Below, one piece after another: positions 18,907-28,668 of a DNA stretch of 64,000 nt. Made by a program: the position numbers and the translations under genes. The notes beneath the pieces are model-generated. The model made no database searches, was not told where the DNA came from, and saw only the letters and a list, made by a program, of their open reading frames with translations. The DNA lies in NCBI GenBank assembly GCA_963748215.1, contig CAVVHS010000009.1, positions 96,001 through 160,000 on the forward strand. The letters are read 5' to 3'. The first letter of the stretch is position 1. The number at the start of each line of letters is the position of its first letter. The DNA comes from an uncultured Gammaproteobacteria bacterium. GTDB taxonomy: Bacteria; Pseudomonadota; Gammaproteobacteria; UBA9214.

Positions 18907-21009
18907 ATGGATAACACAAACGCAATCCCGTTTTTCAGACCGCGCATGCTGATCGGACTCGGCACGCCGCTGCTGCTGGTCATGCTGCTCGGCATGATGG
19001 TGCTGCCGCTGCCGCCGGTGGTGCTGGACTTGGTCTTCACGTTCAATATCGCCCTGAGCCTGATCGTGCTGCTGGTGGCGGTCTATACGATCAAACCGCT
19101 GGAGTTCGCGATCTTCCCGACCGTCCTGCTGATCGCGACGCTGTTGCGCCTGGCGCTGAACGTCGCCTCCACGCGCGTGATCATGCTCAACGGCCACGAG
19201 GGTACCGCGGCCGCCGGTCATGTGATCGAGGCCTTCGGCGACTTCGTGGTAGGCGGCAATTATGCCGTCGGCCTGGTGGTGTTCGCGATCCTGATGATCA
19301 TCAACTTCGTCGTGGTGACCAAGGGCGCGGGGCGCATCTCGGAAGTCAGCGCCCGCTTCACCCTCGATGCCATGCCCGGCAAGCAGATGGCCGTCGATGC
19401 CGACCTCAATGCCGGCCTGATCACCCAGGAGGAGGCGCGTGAACGTCGCGAAGAGATAGCGAACGAGGCGGATTTCTACGGCGCCATGGACGGCGCCAGC
19501 AAGTTCGTGCGCGGCGACGCGGTGGCCGGCCTGCTGATCCTGTTCATCAACATAATCGGTGGTTTCGCGGTTGGCATGCTCCAGCATGACCTGTCGCTGG
19601 CGGATGCCGCGCAGAACTATATCCTGCTCACCATCGGTGACGGCCTGGTGGCGCAGATACCCTCGCTGGTGCTGTCCACGGCCGCGGCCATCATCGTGAC
19701 CCGCGTGTCTTCCTCCCAGGACATGGGCCAGCAGTTCATCACGCAGCTGTTCAGCAACCCGCGTGCGCTGACCGTGACGGCCGCCATCGTCGGTGCGCTC
19801 GGCATCGTGCCCGGCATGCCCAACCTGGTATTCATCACCATTGCCTCGATCATCGGCGGGCTGTCACTGCTGCTCAGGTCGCAACAGAAGGCCACGGCAC
19901 GGCAGGTGGCACAGGAACAGCAAAAGCCCGAGCCCGACCGGCAGAATGCCGATCTCAGCTGGGACGACGTGCAGCCGGTCGACATGGTCGGGCTCGAGGT
20001 CGGCTATCGCCTGATCCCGCTGGTCGACCGTAACCAGGGTGGCCAGCTCATGTCGCGCATCAAGGGTGTGCGCAAGAAGCTGTCGCAGGAACTCGGTTTC
20101 CTGATCGACCCGGTGCATATCCGCGACAATCTCGACCTGCAGCCGGGCGGCTACCGCATCAACCTGATGGGCGTGCCGATCGGGCAGGCCGAGGTGTATC
20201 CCGACAAGGAGCTGGCGATCAATCCCGGCAAGGTGTTCGGCAAGCTCAAGGGCGTCGAGACAACCGACCCTGCGTTCGGGCTGGAGGCGGTGTGGATCGA
20301 CGCCGGGCAGCGCGATGAGGCACAGACGCACGGCTATACCGTGGTCGATGCCAGCACTGTCGTGGCGACGCATCTCAGTCACCTGCTGCAGCAGCATGCG
20401 CACGAGTTGCTCGGCCACGAGGGTGCGCAGCAGCTGCTCGACATGCTGGCGAAGAGTTCGCCCAAGCTGGTCGAGACGCTGGTGCCGAAGACGCTGTCGC
20501 TGGGTGTGGTGGTCAGGGTGTTGCAGAACCTGCTCGAGGAAGGTGTGCCGATCCGTGACATGCGCACCATCGCCGAAACACTGGCGGAGGCAGGGGTCCG
20601 CAGTCAGGATCCCGACATCCTCACGGCCGCGGTGCGCGTCATGCTGTCGCGCATGATTTATCAGAAAATCAACGGCATGGAAGATAGTTTGCCGGCCATG
20701 GCGCTGGATCCGAAGTTGGAACAATTGTTGCTTCAATCCATGCAAGGCGCCCAGGAAGGCGGCCCGGGCATCGAGCCGGGACTGGCGGAGGGCATGCTGA
20801 GATCGCTGGCCGAGAACACCCGGCAGCGGGAAATGAACGGCGAACCGGCGGTACTGCTGGTATCGCCGGTACTGCGGCAATGGCTGGCACGGTTCATACG
20901 CGGTGCCGTGCAGGGCTTGCAGGTACTGTCATACAACGAGGTACCCGACAACCGCCAGGTCAAGGTGGTGGGCACGATCGGCGGCGAGCCCTACGCGATG
21001 GCCGGTTGA
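18907..21009 (+). CDS. flhA: Flagellar biosynthesis protein FlhA
   Basis: FHIPEP signature ARFTLDAMPGKQMAVDADL; FYGAMDGASKFV. Confidence 0.98.
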   Translation: MDNTNAIPFFRPRMLIGLGTPLLLVMLLGMMVLPLPPVVLDLVFTFNIALSLIVLLVAVYTIKPLEFAIFPTVLLIATLLRLALNVASTRVIMLNGHEGTAAAGHVIEAFGDFVVGGNYAVGLVVFAILMIINFVVVTKGAGRISEVSARFTLDAMPGKQMAVDADLNAGLITQEEARERREEIANEADFYGAMDGASKFVRGDAVAGLLILFINIIGGFAVGMLQHDLSLADAAQNYILLTIGDGLVAQIPSLVLSTAAAIIVTRVSSSQDMGQQFITQLFSNPRALTVTAAIVGALGIVPGMPNLVFITIASIIGGLSLLLRSQQKATARQVAQEQQKPEPDRQNADLSWDDVQPVDMVGLEVGYRLIPLVDRNQGGQLMSRIKGVRKKLSQELGFLIDPVHIRDNLDLQPGGYRINLMGVPIGQAEVYPDKELAINPGKVFGKLKGVETTDPAFGLEAVWIDAGQRDEAQTHGYTVVDASTVVATHLSHLLQQHAHELLGHEGAQQLLDMLAKSSPKLVETLVPKTLSLGVVVRVLQNLLEEGVPIRDMRTIAETLAEAGVRSQDPDILTAAVRVMLSRMIYQKINGMEDSLPAMALDPKLEQLLLQSMQGAQEGGPGIEPGLAEGMLRSLAENTRQREMNGEPAVLLVSPVLRQWLARFIRGAVQGLQVLSYNEVPDNRQVKVVGTIGGEPYAMAG

Positions 21010-21053
21010 GCGCGCCGCACGGGAATGCAGTCGTTACACGGAGGTAGCGGATA

Positions 21054-22280
21054 ATGAAAATGAAACGATTCAGCGCATCGGAGATGCGTCACGCGATGCA
21101 GAAGGTCAATGACGAGCTGGGACCCGATGCATTGATCCTGTCCAGCCGCAAGACGGAGGACGGTGTCGAAATCATTGCCGCGGTTGATTATGAAGAGGAA
21201 CTGCGCGGTGCCGCGGCCATGGTGCCGGTCAGGGCGGACACTGCGGACACGCGGCCGGCCGCGGTGCCGAAACCCGCAGCGCAACAGCCCGCACCGGCCA
21301 GCAGCGCGCCGGCACAGCCCGTCGTCGACAGCCAGGTGGTCAGCGGCATGCAGCAGGAAATCCGGGCGCTGCGCGCCATGCTGGAAGTTCCGCTGGCCCA
21401 GCTGGGCTGGGATGCCATGCGCCGGCGCGAGCCGGTACGCGCGACCGTCATCGAGCGGCTGGAACTCATGCAGTTGCACCCGGTGATCGCCAACCGCATT
21501 GCCGACCGGATTACCGGGATCGACGATGCCGAGACCGGCTGGAAGCAGGCGCTGGCAGAGCTCGAGCAAATGCTGCCGATCGCCGGCGATGACCTGATGG
21601 AGGAGGGTGGCGTGGTGGCGCTGGTCGGTCCGACCGGGGTCGGCAAGACCACGACCATCGCGAAAATCGCGGCACGCTTCGCGCTGCACCACGGGCGGCG
21701 TCATGTCGCGCTCGTCACCATGGATCATTACCGCATCGGTGCGCACGAGCAGCTGCGTACCTACGGCAAGCTGCTGGGTGTGCCGGTACACATTGCCGGC
21801 GACGAAGAGGAACTGCGCGTCATCATCAACCAGATGGATGAGCGCAAGCTGATCCTGATCGACACCGCGGGCACCAGTCAGCGCGATACCGACCTGCTGG
21901 ACAAGTTCGCCATGCTGAATGGCGGCGGGACGGTGATACGGCGCTATCTGGTGCTGGCCGCCAACAGCCAGATGTCTGTCAACGACGATGTGCTGGAGGC
22001 CTTCAGTGCGCTGCGCCCGGACAAGTGCATCCTGACCAAGGTGGACGAGGCGACCAGCCTGGGCGGCGTGCTCTCGGTGCTGATCAAGCACGGCCTGCCG
22101 CTGGTCTATACCGGTGACGGGCAACGGGTCCCCGATGATTTTCACTCGGCAAGGGCGTGCCAGCTGGCGGCGCAGGCGCTGTTGCTGGCCGAACGCGGTG
22201 CCACGACGGAATCCGACGAGGCTTGGCTGCATGCCCTGGGAAACACGGAGGCCACGACGCGTGTACACGCACATGCCTGA
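21054..22280 (+). CDS. flhF: SRP-type GTPase FlhF
   Basis: GPTGVGKTT, DTAG, TKVDE, GQRVPDD. Confidence 0.95.
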   Translation: MKMKRFSASEMRHAMQKVNDELGPDALILSSRKTEDGVEIIAAVDYEEELRGAAAMVPVRADTADTRPAAVPKPAAQQPAPASSAPAQPVVDSQVVSGMQQEIRALRAMLEVPLAQLGWDAMRRREPVRATVIERLELMQLHPVIANRIADRITGIDDAETGWKQALAELEQMLPIAGDDLMEEGGVVALVGPTGVGKTTTIAKIAARFALHHGRRHVALVTMDHYRIGAHEQLRTYGKLLGVPVHIAGDEEELRVIINQMDERKLILIDTAGTSQRDTDLLDKFAMLNGGGTVIRRYLVLAANSQMSVNDDVLEAFSALRPDKCILTKVDEATSLGGVLSVLIKHGLPLVYTGDGQRVPDDFHSARACQLAAQALLLAERGATTESDEAWLHALGNTEATTRVHAHA

Positions 22281-23157
22281 GCAGAGGCCTGATCAGGCGG
22301 CCGGACTGCGTCGCATGACCGGCCTGTCGCGACCGGTCAAGGTCATTGCCGTGGCCAGTGGCAAGGGTGGCGTCGGCAAGACCAGCGTCTCTATCAACCT
22401 TGCCGTCACCATGGCGCAACAGGGTCGCAAGGTCATGCTGCTGGATGCCGACCTGGGTCTGGCGAATGTCGATGTACTGCTTGGCATCAATGCCCGGCGT
22501 AACCTGTCGCATGTGATTTCGGGCGAGGCCAGTCTCGAGGAGGTCATCGTGGAAGGGCCTGCGGGGTTGCGAATTATACCATCCGCATCAGGGACAAGAA
22601 GCATGCTCGACCTGTCCACGGCCGAACAGGGCGGTCTGATCCGTGCGTTCAGCGAATTGCAGGGCGATGTGGATATCATGCTGGTCGATATCGCTGCCGG
22701 CCTGTCCGAGAGCGTGATGACCTTCACCCGTGCGGCGCACGAGGTCGTGGTGGTGGTCTGTGACGAACCCGCCTCGCTGACCGATGCCTATGCCCTGATC
22801 AAGGTGCTGAACCGTGATCACGGCGTCGACCGCTTTCACATACTCGCGAACATGATCGGTAATGCCCACGAGGGTCGGCAGCTGTTCGACAAGCTGGCGC
22901 GTGTGTCGCAGCGCTTTCTCGACGTGACGCTGGGTTACATGGGCGCGGTGCCGTACGACGAATATCTGCGCAAGGCGGTCCAGCGTCAGCTGGCGGTGGT
23001 CGAGGCCTATCCGCGCAGCCGCTCCGCACTGGCATTCCGCAAAATGGCCGATCGCACCGAACGCTGGCCACTGCCCCGGATGGCAACCGGGCGACTGGAA
23101 TTTTTCGTCGAGCGACTGATCCGGTCCGGTTCCGTCGCGAGTGAATACCTGAGTTAG
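22273..23157 (+). CDS. flhG: MinD-like flagellar number regulator FlhG/FleN
   Basis: DQAAGLR N-terminus, SGKGGVGKT, DADLGLANVD; follows flhF. Confidence 0.95.
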   Translation: MPEQRPDQAAGLRRMTGLSRPVKVIAVASGKGGVGKTSVSINLAVTMAQQGRKVMLLDADLGLANVDVLLGINARRNLSHVISGEASLEEVIVEGPAGLRIIPSASGTRSMLDLSTAEQGGLIRAFSELQGDVDIMLVDIAAGLSESVMTFTRAAHEVVVVVCDEPASLTDAYALIKVLNRDHGVDRFHILANMIGNAHEGRQLFDKLARVSQRFLDVTLGYMGAVPYDEYLRKAVQRQLAVVEAYPRSRSALAFRKMADRTERWPLPRMATGRLEFFVERLIRSGSVASEYLS

Positions 23158-23173
23158 CAGGCGGCGGTCGAAC

Positions 23174-23812
23174 ATGCGGGCGCGTTTGCTATCCAATGCC
23201 ATAGTCCTGTTGCTGTCTTGCATGGTCGCCGGCTGCTTCTCACCCGATGCCGCTGCGGAGCAGTACCTGGTCACCGTGCTGCGCAGCAGTAACCCGATGG
23301 AGGTGCGTGAGCTGCTTGGATCGAAGCGGCCGCCTGCAGCAACCGGACCGGTCGGCCGGCGGCGCGATTTCAGGACGGCCGGTTACGGGCAGCGACATCA
23401 CAGCCAGTGGCAGGTGATCGTGGGCGAAGGAGAGGCCGCATTTCTGGCAACCGGTAACATAACGCCGCAGCTGCAGGTACCCTGGATCGAGCTCACGCGG
23501 CGCGGGGCGGTACCCCATGCCAGGCTGGTGGAGCATGAGGATGTGCGGGGTTGTTACGTACAGGCAACACGCCGCGGGCGCGAAGTTGAAGTGGAACTCT
23601 ATCAGTTTACCGACCGCGCCGGACCGGACACTATGCCCGGCCGTCCCGCGCCGGGTTTGCGTACCGTCCTGCGCGGCAGGCCGGGTCAATGGCTGGATGC
23701 CGGCGGCAACCTCTTGCCGGACTTCGAACCGCCTGCGACACGCCAATATGGCGTGCGCCACAGCGATCCGCGGCGTTTCCGCTTGCTGGTCAGGATCGAC
23801 CCGATCGATTGA
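23174..23812 (+). CDS. Exported protein resembling a short secretin-like (T2/T3SS protein family) domain
   Basis: Signal peptide/possible lipobox VAGC; VIVGEGEAAFLATG, GCYVQA...VEVEL and TVLRGRPGQWLDAGG resemble short secretin-family motifs. Confidence 0.5.
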   Translation: MRARLLSNAIVLLLSCMVAGCFSPDAAAEQYLVTVLRSSNPMEVRELLGSKRPPAATGPVGRRRDFRTAGYGQRHHSQWQVIVGEGEAAFLATGNITPQLQVPWIELTRRGAVPHARLVEHEDVRGCYVQATRRGREVEVELYQFTDRAGPDTMPGRPAPGLRTVLRGRPGQWLDAGGNLLPDFEPPATRQYGVRHSDPRRFRLLVRIDPID

Positions 23813-23842
23813 TCGAGAGTGGCTTGTCGCGGTGCAGGCGGG

Positions 23843-24025
23843 CTAGGCGTATTCGTCGATGTGAATCTGCTCCCCGTCGCCCGGATCCTGGTCGTCTGCC
23901 CGCGGCTGTTTGTCGGCGCGTGAATCTTTACGGTCTTCGCGTGGCTTGCGCTGCGGCAGGGGTCGCACCCGCGGCAATTCGGACGGAATCGGAGGGAGCG
24001 AACTGATTTTTTCAAAACTTGCCAT
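23843..24025 (-). CDS. Small hypothetical protein (60 aa) ending HIDEYA
   Basis: Internal ATG 24025 of a longer ORF, preceded by a well-spaced sigma28 promoter. Confidence 0.6.
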   Translation of the reverse strand: MASFEKISSLPPIPSELPRVRPLPQRKPREDRKDSRADKQPRADDQDPGDGEQIHIDEYA

Positions 24026-24056
24026 GGCATATCTCAGGCCGGTTTTCCCACCGGAT

Positions 24057-24083
24057 ATAACGGCTGTCACCGGCCGGGCTTTA
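24057..24083 (-). promoter_or_regulatory. sigma28 (FliA) promoter
   Basis: TAAA-N15-GCCGTTAT on the minus strand. Confidence 0.7.
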
Positions 24084-24293
24084 ACGGCGGATGGCCGTAC
24101 GGCCATCCGCCGGCCGGGCATATGCTGCACTTTCGGATGAAGCCTGTTTGCCGGTGCGGCGCAGCTTGCGCGACGTCGCGAGAATAATGACAGTGGCGTA
24201 CGTGCCGGCTGGTGGCCTGTCCGGCCCTTGTGTGCGAGAATCGGCGCGTCCTGGTTCGTCATCGGGTTTGCTTGCAGCGAAAAGGAAACGGAC

Positions 24294-25353
24294 ATGGAAG
24301 GCAACAGAAACCTCAGCAGCATCATCAGCAAGATCCGGGATGAAGGCCCACCCGGCAGCGGTGCGACACCGCGGCCGGGTGACGCGGCGGGTCCGGGGCA
24401 TGACGGCGATACACCGATGCAGACGGCTGCCGCAGCTACCGCCGGGCCCCGGACCTCTCGCAAGCTGCTGCCGGGGCTGGTGTTGCCGCTGGTGCTCATC
24501 ATCGGCCTGCTGTTTTTTGCCGGAAACTATACCGGTTATCGCGACGACGGCATGCCCGGCAATGTTGCCGGCACCCTGCGTGGCTGGTTTGCCGGAGTGC
24601 CCGGTGCTGCCAAAGACGCAGGCATGGCCGATACGGACGCAATCGCGGCCATGGCCGTGGACGAACAACTGGTCCGCGAATTACGGGCGCGGCAGCTCGC
24701 CATCACGGCCCGTCTCGATCAGCTGACCGATACCGTCACGACGCTCAGCGAGACCGTCAACAGGAACTGGGCAGTCAACGACACGGTGGTCGCCGGCCTG
24801 CGCCAGGAACAGCAGGCGGGTATCGCTGCGCTTGAGGCTCGCGTTTCCGAATTGCAGGGCCGGCTTGCCGAAGCAGCCGACAAGCCGGCAGCTACAAAAC
24901 AGCCGGCTCCGGCCAAGCCGGCAGCACCGGCGAAGCAGGCCGTGTCCACCAAACCGGCAGCGCAGGCAAAGCAGGTTGTGTCCACCAAGCCGGGCCGGCG
25001 AAGCAGCAGTCCACACTGCACGAGCAATCCGCGACCGCCAGGCCGGCAGCACAGGCAAAGCAGGCCACGCCCGTCCAACCGGCGGCTCCGCGACACGACA
25101 GCAGCAGGCCGTGGCCGGTGAAGAGTGGGTCGTGAATGTTGCGTCCTCGTCACACGAGCAGGCCATGCTGGAACGTGCGACCGTGCTCAAGGAGCAGGGT
25201 ATTCCCGTGGAACGTCAGACACTTACCATCGAGGGCGACCTGATGTACCGCCTGCGTGTGCCCGGATTCGCCACCAGCGACGAGGCCAGGCGCTATGCCA
25301 GGCGGCTGGACAAGGAATTCGGTATCAGGGGGGGCTGGGTCAGCCGCAAATAG
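24294..25353 (+). pseudogene. Membrane-anchored SPOR-domain protein with two apparent frameshifts
   Basis: N-terminal TM and coiled coil in one frame; KPAA repeat linker shifts frame near 24993 and 25090; SPOR domain (WVVNVAS...YRLRVPGFATSDEA) in another frame. Confidence 0.75.
24882..25090 (+). repeat. Imperfect ~36-bp tandem repeats encoding a KPAAxAKQ linker
   Basis: AAGCCGGCAGCACCGGCGAAGCAGGCCGTGTCCACC / AAACCGGCAGCGCAGGCAAAGCAGGTTGTGTCCACC and degenerate copies. Confidence 0.8.
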
Positions 25354-25457
25354 CATCGCCTGTCACTGCGCAGTAAAACGCGGACGCTATCCGCTTATGC
25401 TTCGCGGCAAGCGGTATATGCGCACTCCGGTTTTTTCTCCCGCGCGTGTTTCAATGC

Positions 25458-25484
25458 TAAATATCCGCAATATCAGGACGATAC
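25458..25484 (+). promoter_or_regulatory. Possible sigma28 promoter for the diguanylate cyclase
   Basis: TAAA-N15-GACGATAC. Confidence 0.5.
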
Positions 25485-25590
25485 AAGTGTGGTATCGCCA
25501 CGCCTTGCTGCCTGTCCGATCTGTAACGCCGCGGTGCTGGCCTGGTTATACGGTTGCCATAGGGATTTTGTTGCACATGGGAGTGCCGGA

Positions 25591-27165
25591 ATGAATAAAG
25601 GACCAGTAGAGCTGCACCTGGATACACAGCTTCAGACCCGTCTCGAACGCTGTACCACCCTGCCCAGTCCGCCCGTTGTCGCCCTGCGCGTCATCGAGCT
25701 CGCGCAGGACCCGGAGGTCGATATCGGCATGGTGGCCGATGTCATCAGTACGGACCCGGCGCTGGCGGCCAAGGTGCTGCGGGTTTCCAACTCTCCAATA
25801 TATGCACTGCGTCGCAAGGCCGAAACCCTGCACCAGGCTATCACCTTGCTGGGCCTGAACGGCACCCTGATGCTGGCACTGAGCTTCTCGCTGGCATCCA
25901 CCATGAACGACGATGCAGACCAGGGGTTTGACTACACGCATTTCTGGAAGCGCTCCCTGGCCGCTGCGACCTGTGCACGCCGGCTGGGCGCTGCCATCAA
26001 GCTGCGTACACGCGAAGAACTTTTTCTTGCCAGCCTGTTGCAGGATATCGGCATGCTGGTGATCGACAAGATGGATCCAAAGTTCTACCAGGGGCTTGGT
26101 GTCGATCAGCATGATCACGCGGCAGTCGCGGCCTGTGAAAGCGAACGGCTCGGTGTGGATCACGCCGCCATCGGTGGCTGGATGCTGCGTAAATGGGGAT
26201 TCCCGGAGTACCTGTTCGACGCGGTGGTGTACAGCCATGCTGCGGAATCGCCCGTCGAGGCCAGGGATCTGCAGAAGCTCGTGCACTGCGTATCGCTCTC
26301 CGGTCTGCTGGTCGATGCCATGCAGAATCCGACCGAACACAACAACCTGCCGTTGATTGCCGGTCTGGCGAATGACCGCCTGGATATCGACGAGGAAATG
26401 TTCAGGGAAATGATGGAAGCACTGAACGAGGACCTGGTCGAGGCGCAGGACATGTTTGAGACCGACCTTAGTGATTACAGTTATTCGGATACCCTGATCG
26501 ATAACGCCAAGGAAACACTCATGATGATGAACCTGCAGTCGCTTCAGCAGGCTGACAGGCTGCAGGAAACCGCCGAGGTGCTTGAATCGAGAACCCGCGA
26601 ACTGGAGGAGCGCTCGCGACGTGACGGCTTGACGGGGCTTTATAACCGCGCCCATCTGGATGAGAAAATCAGTCATGAATTCACCATGGCGAGCGACCGC
26701 GACTGGTCCATGGTTGTCATGTTCGTTGACCTCGATCACTTCAAGCGGGTAAACGATACTTATGGGCACCAGGCCGGTGACCAGGTGCTGCAGCGGGCTG
26801 CGCATGCGCTTGTCAAGGGTACGCGTGATGACGACATTGTTGCACGTTATGGTGGTGAGGAATTCGTGATCGTCATGCCGGGTCACGGCGAGAAAACTGC
26901 ACATATCGTGGCCGACCGCCTGGTCAATGCCTTTCGGGACATGACACATGTCGTGAATGACGACAAGGAGATCAACGTGACTGCTTCCATCGGACTGTCC
27001 ATCATGGGCGAGAATGAAAGTTTCGAGTCGGTGGAAGCCATGCTGGAGGCTGCTGACAAGGCGCTCTATGTCGCGAAGAAGAATGGCCGTAACCGTTATG
27101 TCATCTACAGCCAGGACATGGGCAGCGATCCAGGGATGACCAGTGCTGCAATGCCGGCAGCGTAA
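25591..27165 (+). CDS. HDOD-GGDEF diguanylate cyclase
   Basis: HDOD domain (LPSPP...DPALAAKVLRVSNS...LLQDIG); DLDHFKRVND, RDDD I-site, RYGGEEF active site. Confidence 0.92.
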   Translation: MNKGPVELHLDTQLQTRLERCTTLPSPPVVALRVIELAQDPEVDIGMVADVISTDPALAAKVLRVSNSPIYALRRKAETLHQAITLLGLNGTLMLALSFSLASTMNDDADQGFDYTHFWKRSLAAATCARRLGAAIKLRTREELFLASLLQDIGMLVIDKMDPKFYQGLGVDQHDHAAVAACESERLGVDHAAIGGWMLRKWGFPEYLFDAVVYSHAAESPVEARDLQKLVHCVSLSGLLVDAMQNPTEHNNLPLIAGLANDRLDIDEEMFREMMEALNEDLVEAQDMFETDLSDYSYSDTLIDNAKETLMMMNLQSLQQADRLQETAEVLESRTRELEERSRRDGLTGLYNRAHLDEKISHEFTMASDRDWSMVVMFVDLDHFKRVNDTYGHQAGDQVLQRAAHALVKGTRDDDIVARYGGEEFVIVMPGHGEKTAHIVADRLVNAFRDMTHVVNDDKEINVTASIGLSIMGENESFESVEAMLEAADKALYVAKKNGRNRYVIYSQDMGSDPGMTSAAMPAA

Positions 27166-27391
27166 GGCAATAACCCGTCACTGTTTTCTCCGCAGGTGAC
27201 TGGCCGGTTGTCCGGACTACACTGGCGCCAGCACCATTCTGGTGCCGGTCCCGTGCGATCCGGTTACGCATGAGTGAAGTATTTCTGTGGCAGGTCTGCC
27301 GTATTGAGGCTGGAGTGATCTTCGTGGCTGGTGAGAAGGAAAGGCGTCCTGCATGCGTGTGAGCGTGAGCCTGGATTGCACGCAGATTTTA

Positions 27392-27796
27392 TCAGTTTTC
27401 GGTACCGGTACGGTCAATGCCGTTCTGGCTGCTGTCGGACATGGTGGCATGGAATTCGTCCAGCATTTTAAGGTAGGTTTCGGCAGATAGCTTGCCCTGT
27501 TCGATCAGGATATCTGCCAGTTGCGGCCTGGTGCTGGCTTGCAGGTTGAGAAGTTCCTCAACATCCGGCTCATCGAGATAACCCAGTCGGACAGCAACAC
27601 TGCCAAATTGAAGTGTCGTGCCGGCCTGGTTGCGCACCACGTCCATAACTTGCCTGACTGTCATGTACTGTTCCCTGATGGCGATCTGTCCCAGCAGTGA
27701 CTGACGGGTTTGCTGTATGTCCTGTGCAGCAGCGATATCCGCCTGGGTCAGAATTCTCCTGCTTATCAGGTATTGTCCAAATCTGTGGCTGTTCAT
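27392..27796 (-). CDS. Stand-alone protein of tandem MshEN-like (c-di-GMP-binding-type) repeats
   Basis: Four ~29-aa units: RFGQYLI, LLGQIAI, QFGSVAVRLG, QLADILIEQG; the first three end in Q. Confidence 0.65.
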   Translation of the reverse strand: MNSHRFGQYLISRRILTQADIAAAQDIQQTRQSLLGQIAIREQYMTVRQVMDVVRNQAGTTLQFGSVAVRLGYLDEPDVEELLNLQASTRPQLADILIEQGKLSAETYLKMLDEFHATMSDSSQNGIDRTGTEN

Positions 27797-27986
27797 GTTG
27801 CTACCCCGTCAATTCGCATGTAAGTTGCCGATGACTCGTTGAGATTAGAGAAAGGTGTCGTGATTAACCGCTGAATGTGTCTCATTTCAGAATTGTGCGT
27901 TATCAACCCGGTTGCAGCTGGTGCTGAGCGAGGTCGCAAGGACCGCCTTCCGGCGTGACGGCCAGTCTGCTGACAATGCTGACCAT

Positions 27987-28289
27987 CTAGTGCGTTTCGA
28001 GTCCCAGCTGGGTTGTCAGTCCGCTCAGGTTAGCCGTGGACACGAGACGCTCCGAGGGCGAAATCCAGCATAATCTGTGCCCGTTATTGCGCAGTTGTAT
28101 GGCCAGAGCCACCAGCAATTGCAGTGCCGAGGTGTCGATGTCGATCACTTTTGAGCCATCAACGGTAACATCATTCTCTGTATCGACAGCATCCAGTTGA
28201 ACGCAGAAGTCGCGCGTATCCGGGGTCCCAAGATATTCGCCCAGTACAATGGTGTTGTAATACGGATAACAGCGTGTCGTGCATGCCAT
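27987..28289 (-). CDS. STAS domain protein (anti-sigma antagonist / MlaB-like)
   Basis: VTVDGSKVIDIDTSALQLLVAL...S.RL...A.LSGL; start uncertain. Confidence 0.75.
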   Translation of the reverse strand: MACTTRCYPYYNTIVLGEYLGTPDTRDFCVQLDAVDTENDVTVDGSKVIDIDTSALQLLVALAIQLRNNGHRLCWISPSERLVSTANLSGLTTQLGLETH

Positions 28290-28379
28290 ATGCGGTTGCG
28301 TCCATTCCCTGTGTATAATGTCCCGGCTTCCATGCCGGCGTTGCATACCTGGACCACGGATTTACTTCCGTTCCCACCC

Positions 28380-28406
28380 CTATCGGCATGATTATGAACT
28401 GCTTGA
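28380..28406 (-). promoter_or_regulatory. sigma28 promoter for the STAS gene
   Basis: TCAA-N15-GCCGATAG on the minus strand. Confidence 0.75.
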
Positions 28407-28526
28407 CCTTGCCCCCGGATTGCCTGAATGTCTCTGCCGCAGCCGCCACTGATCTGACAAATCCTACCCGGCGCAAACGGCCATGGAATGACCGGCATAC
28501 TTGTCATTCAACATACTGAGGCACAA

Positions 28527-28553
28527 TAAAGTTCCGGCCTGATTGTCCGACAA
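28527..28553 (+). promoter_or_regulatory. sigma28 promoter for pomAB
   Basis: TAAA-N15-TCCGACAA. Confidence 0.65.
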
Positions 28554-28668
28554 CAAGGGGTATACAGGGCTGATATGCCCGGTTCCCGCTGTGCTGTGCA
28601 CGGTGCATTAATGTCGGGGAATCACCGCCTTTCGGTGGCTGTAATGCAGGCAAGGAGCCAACACAGCA

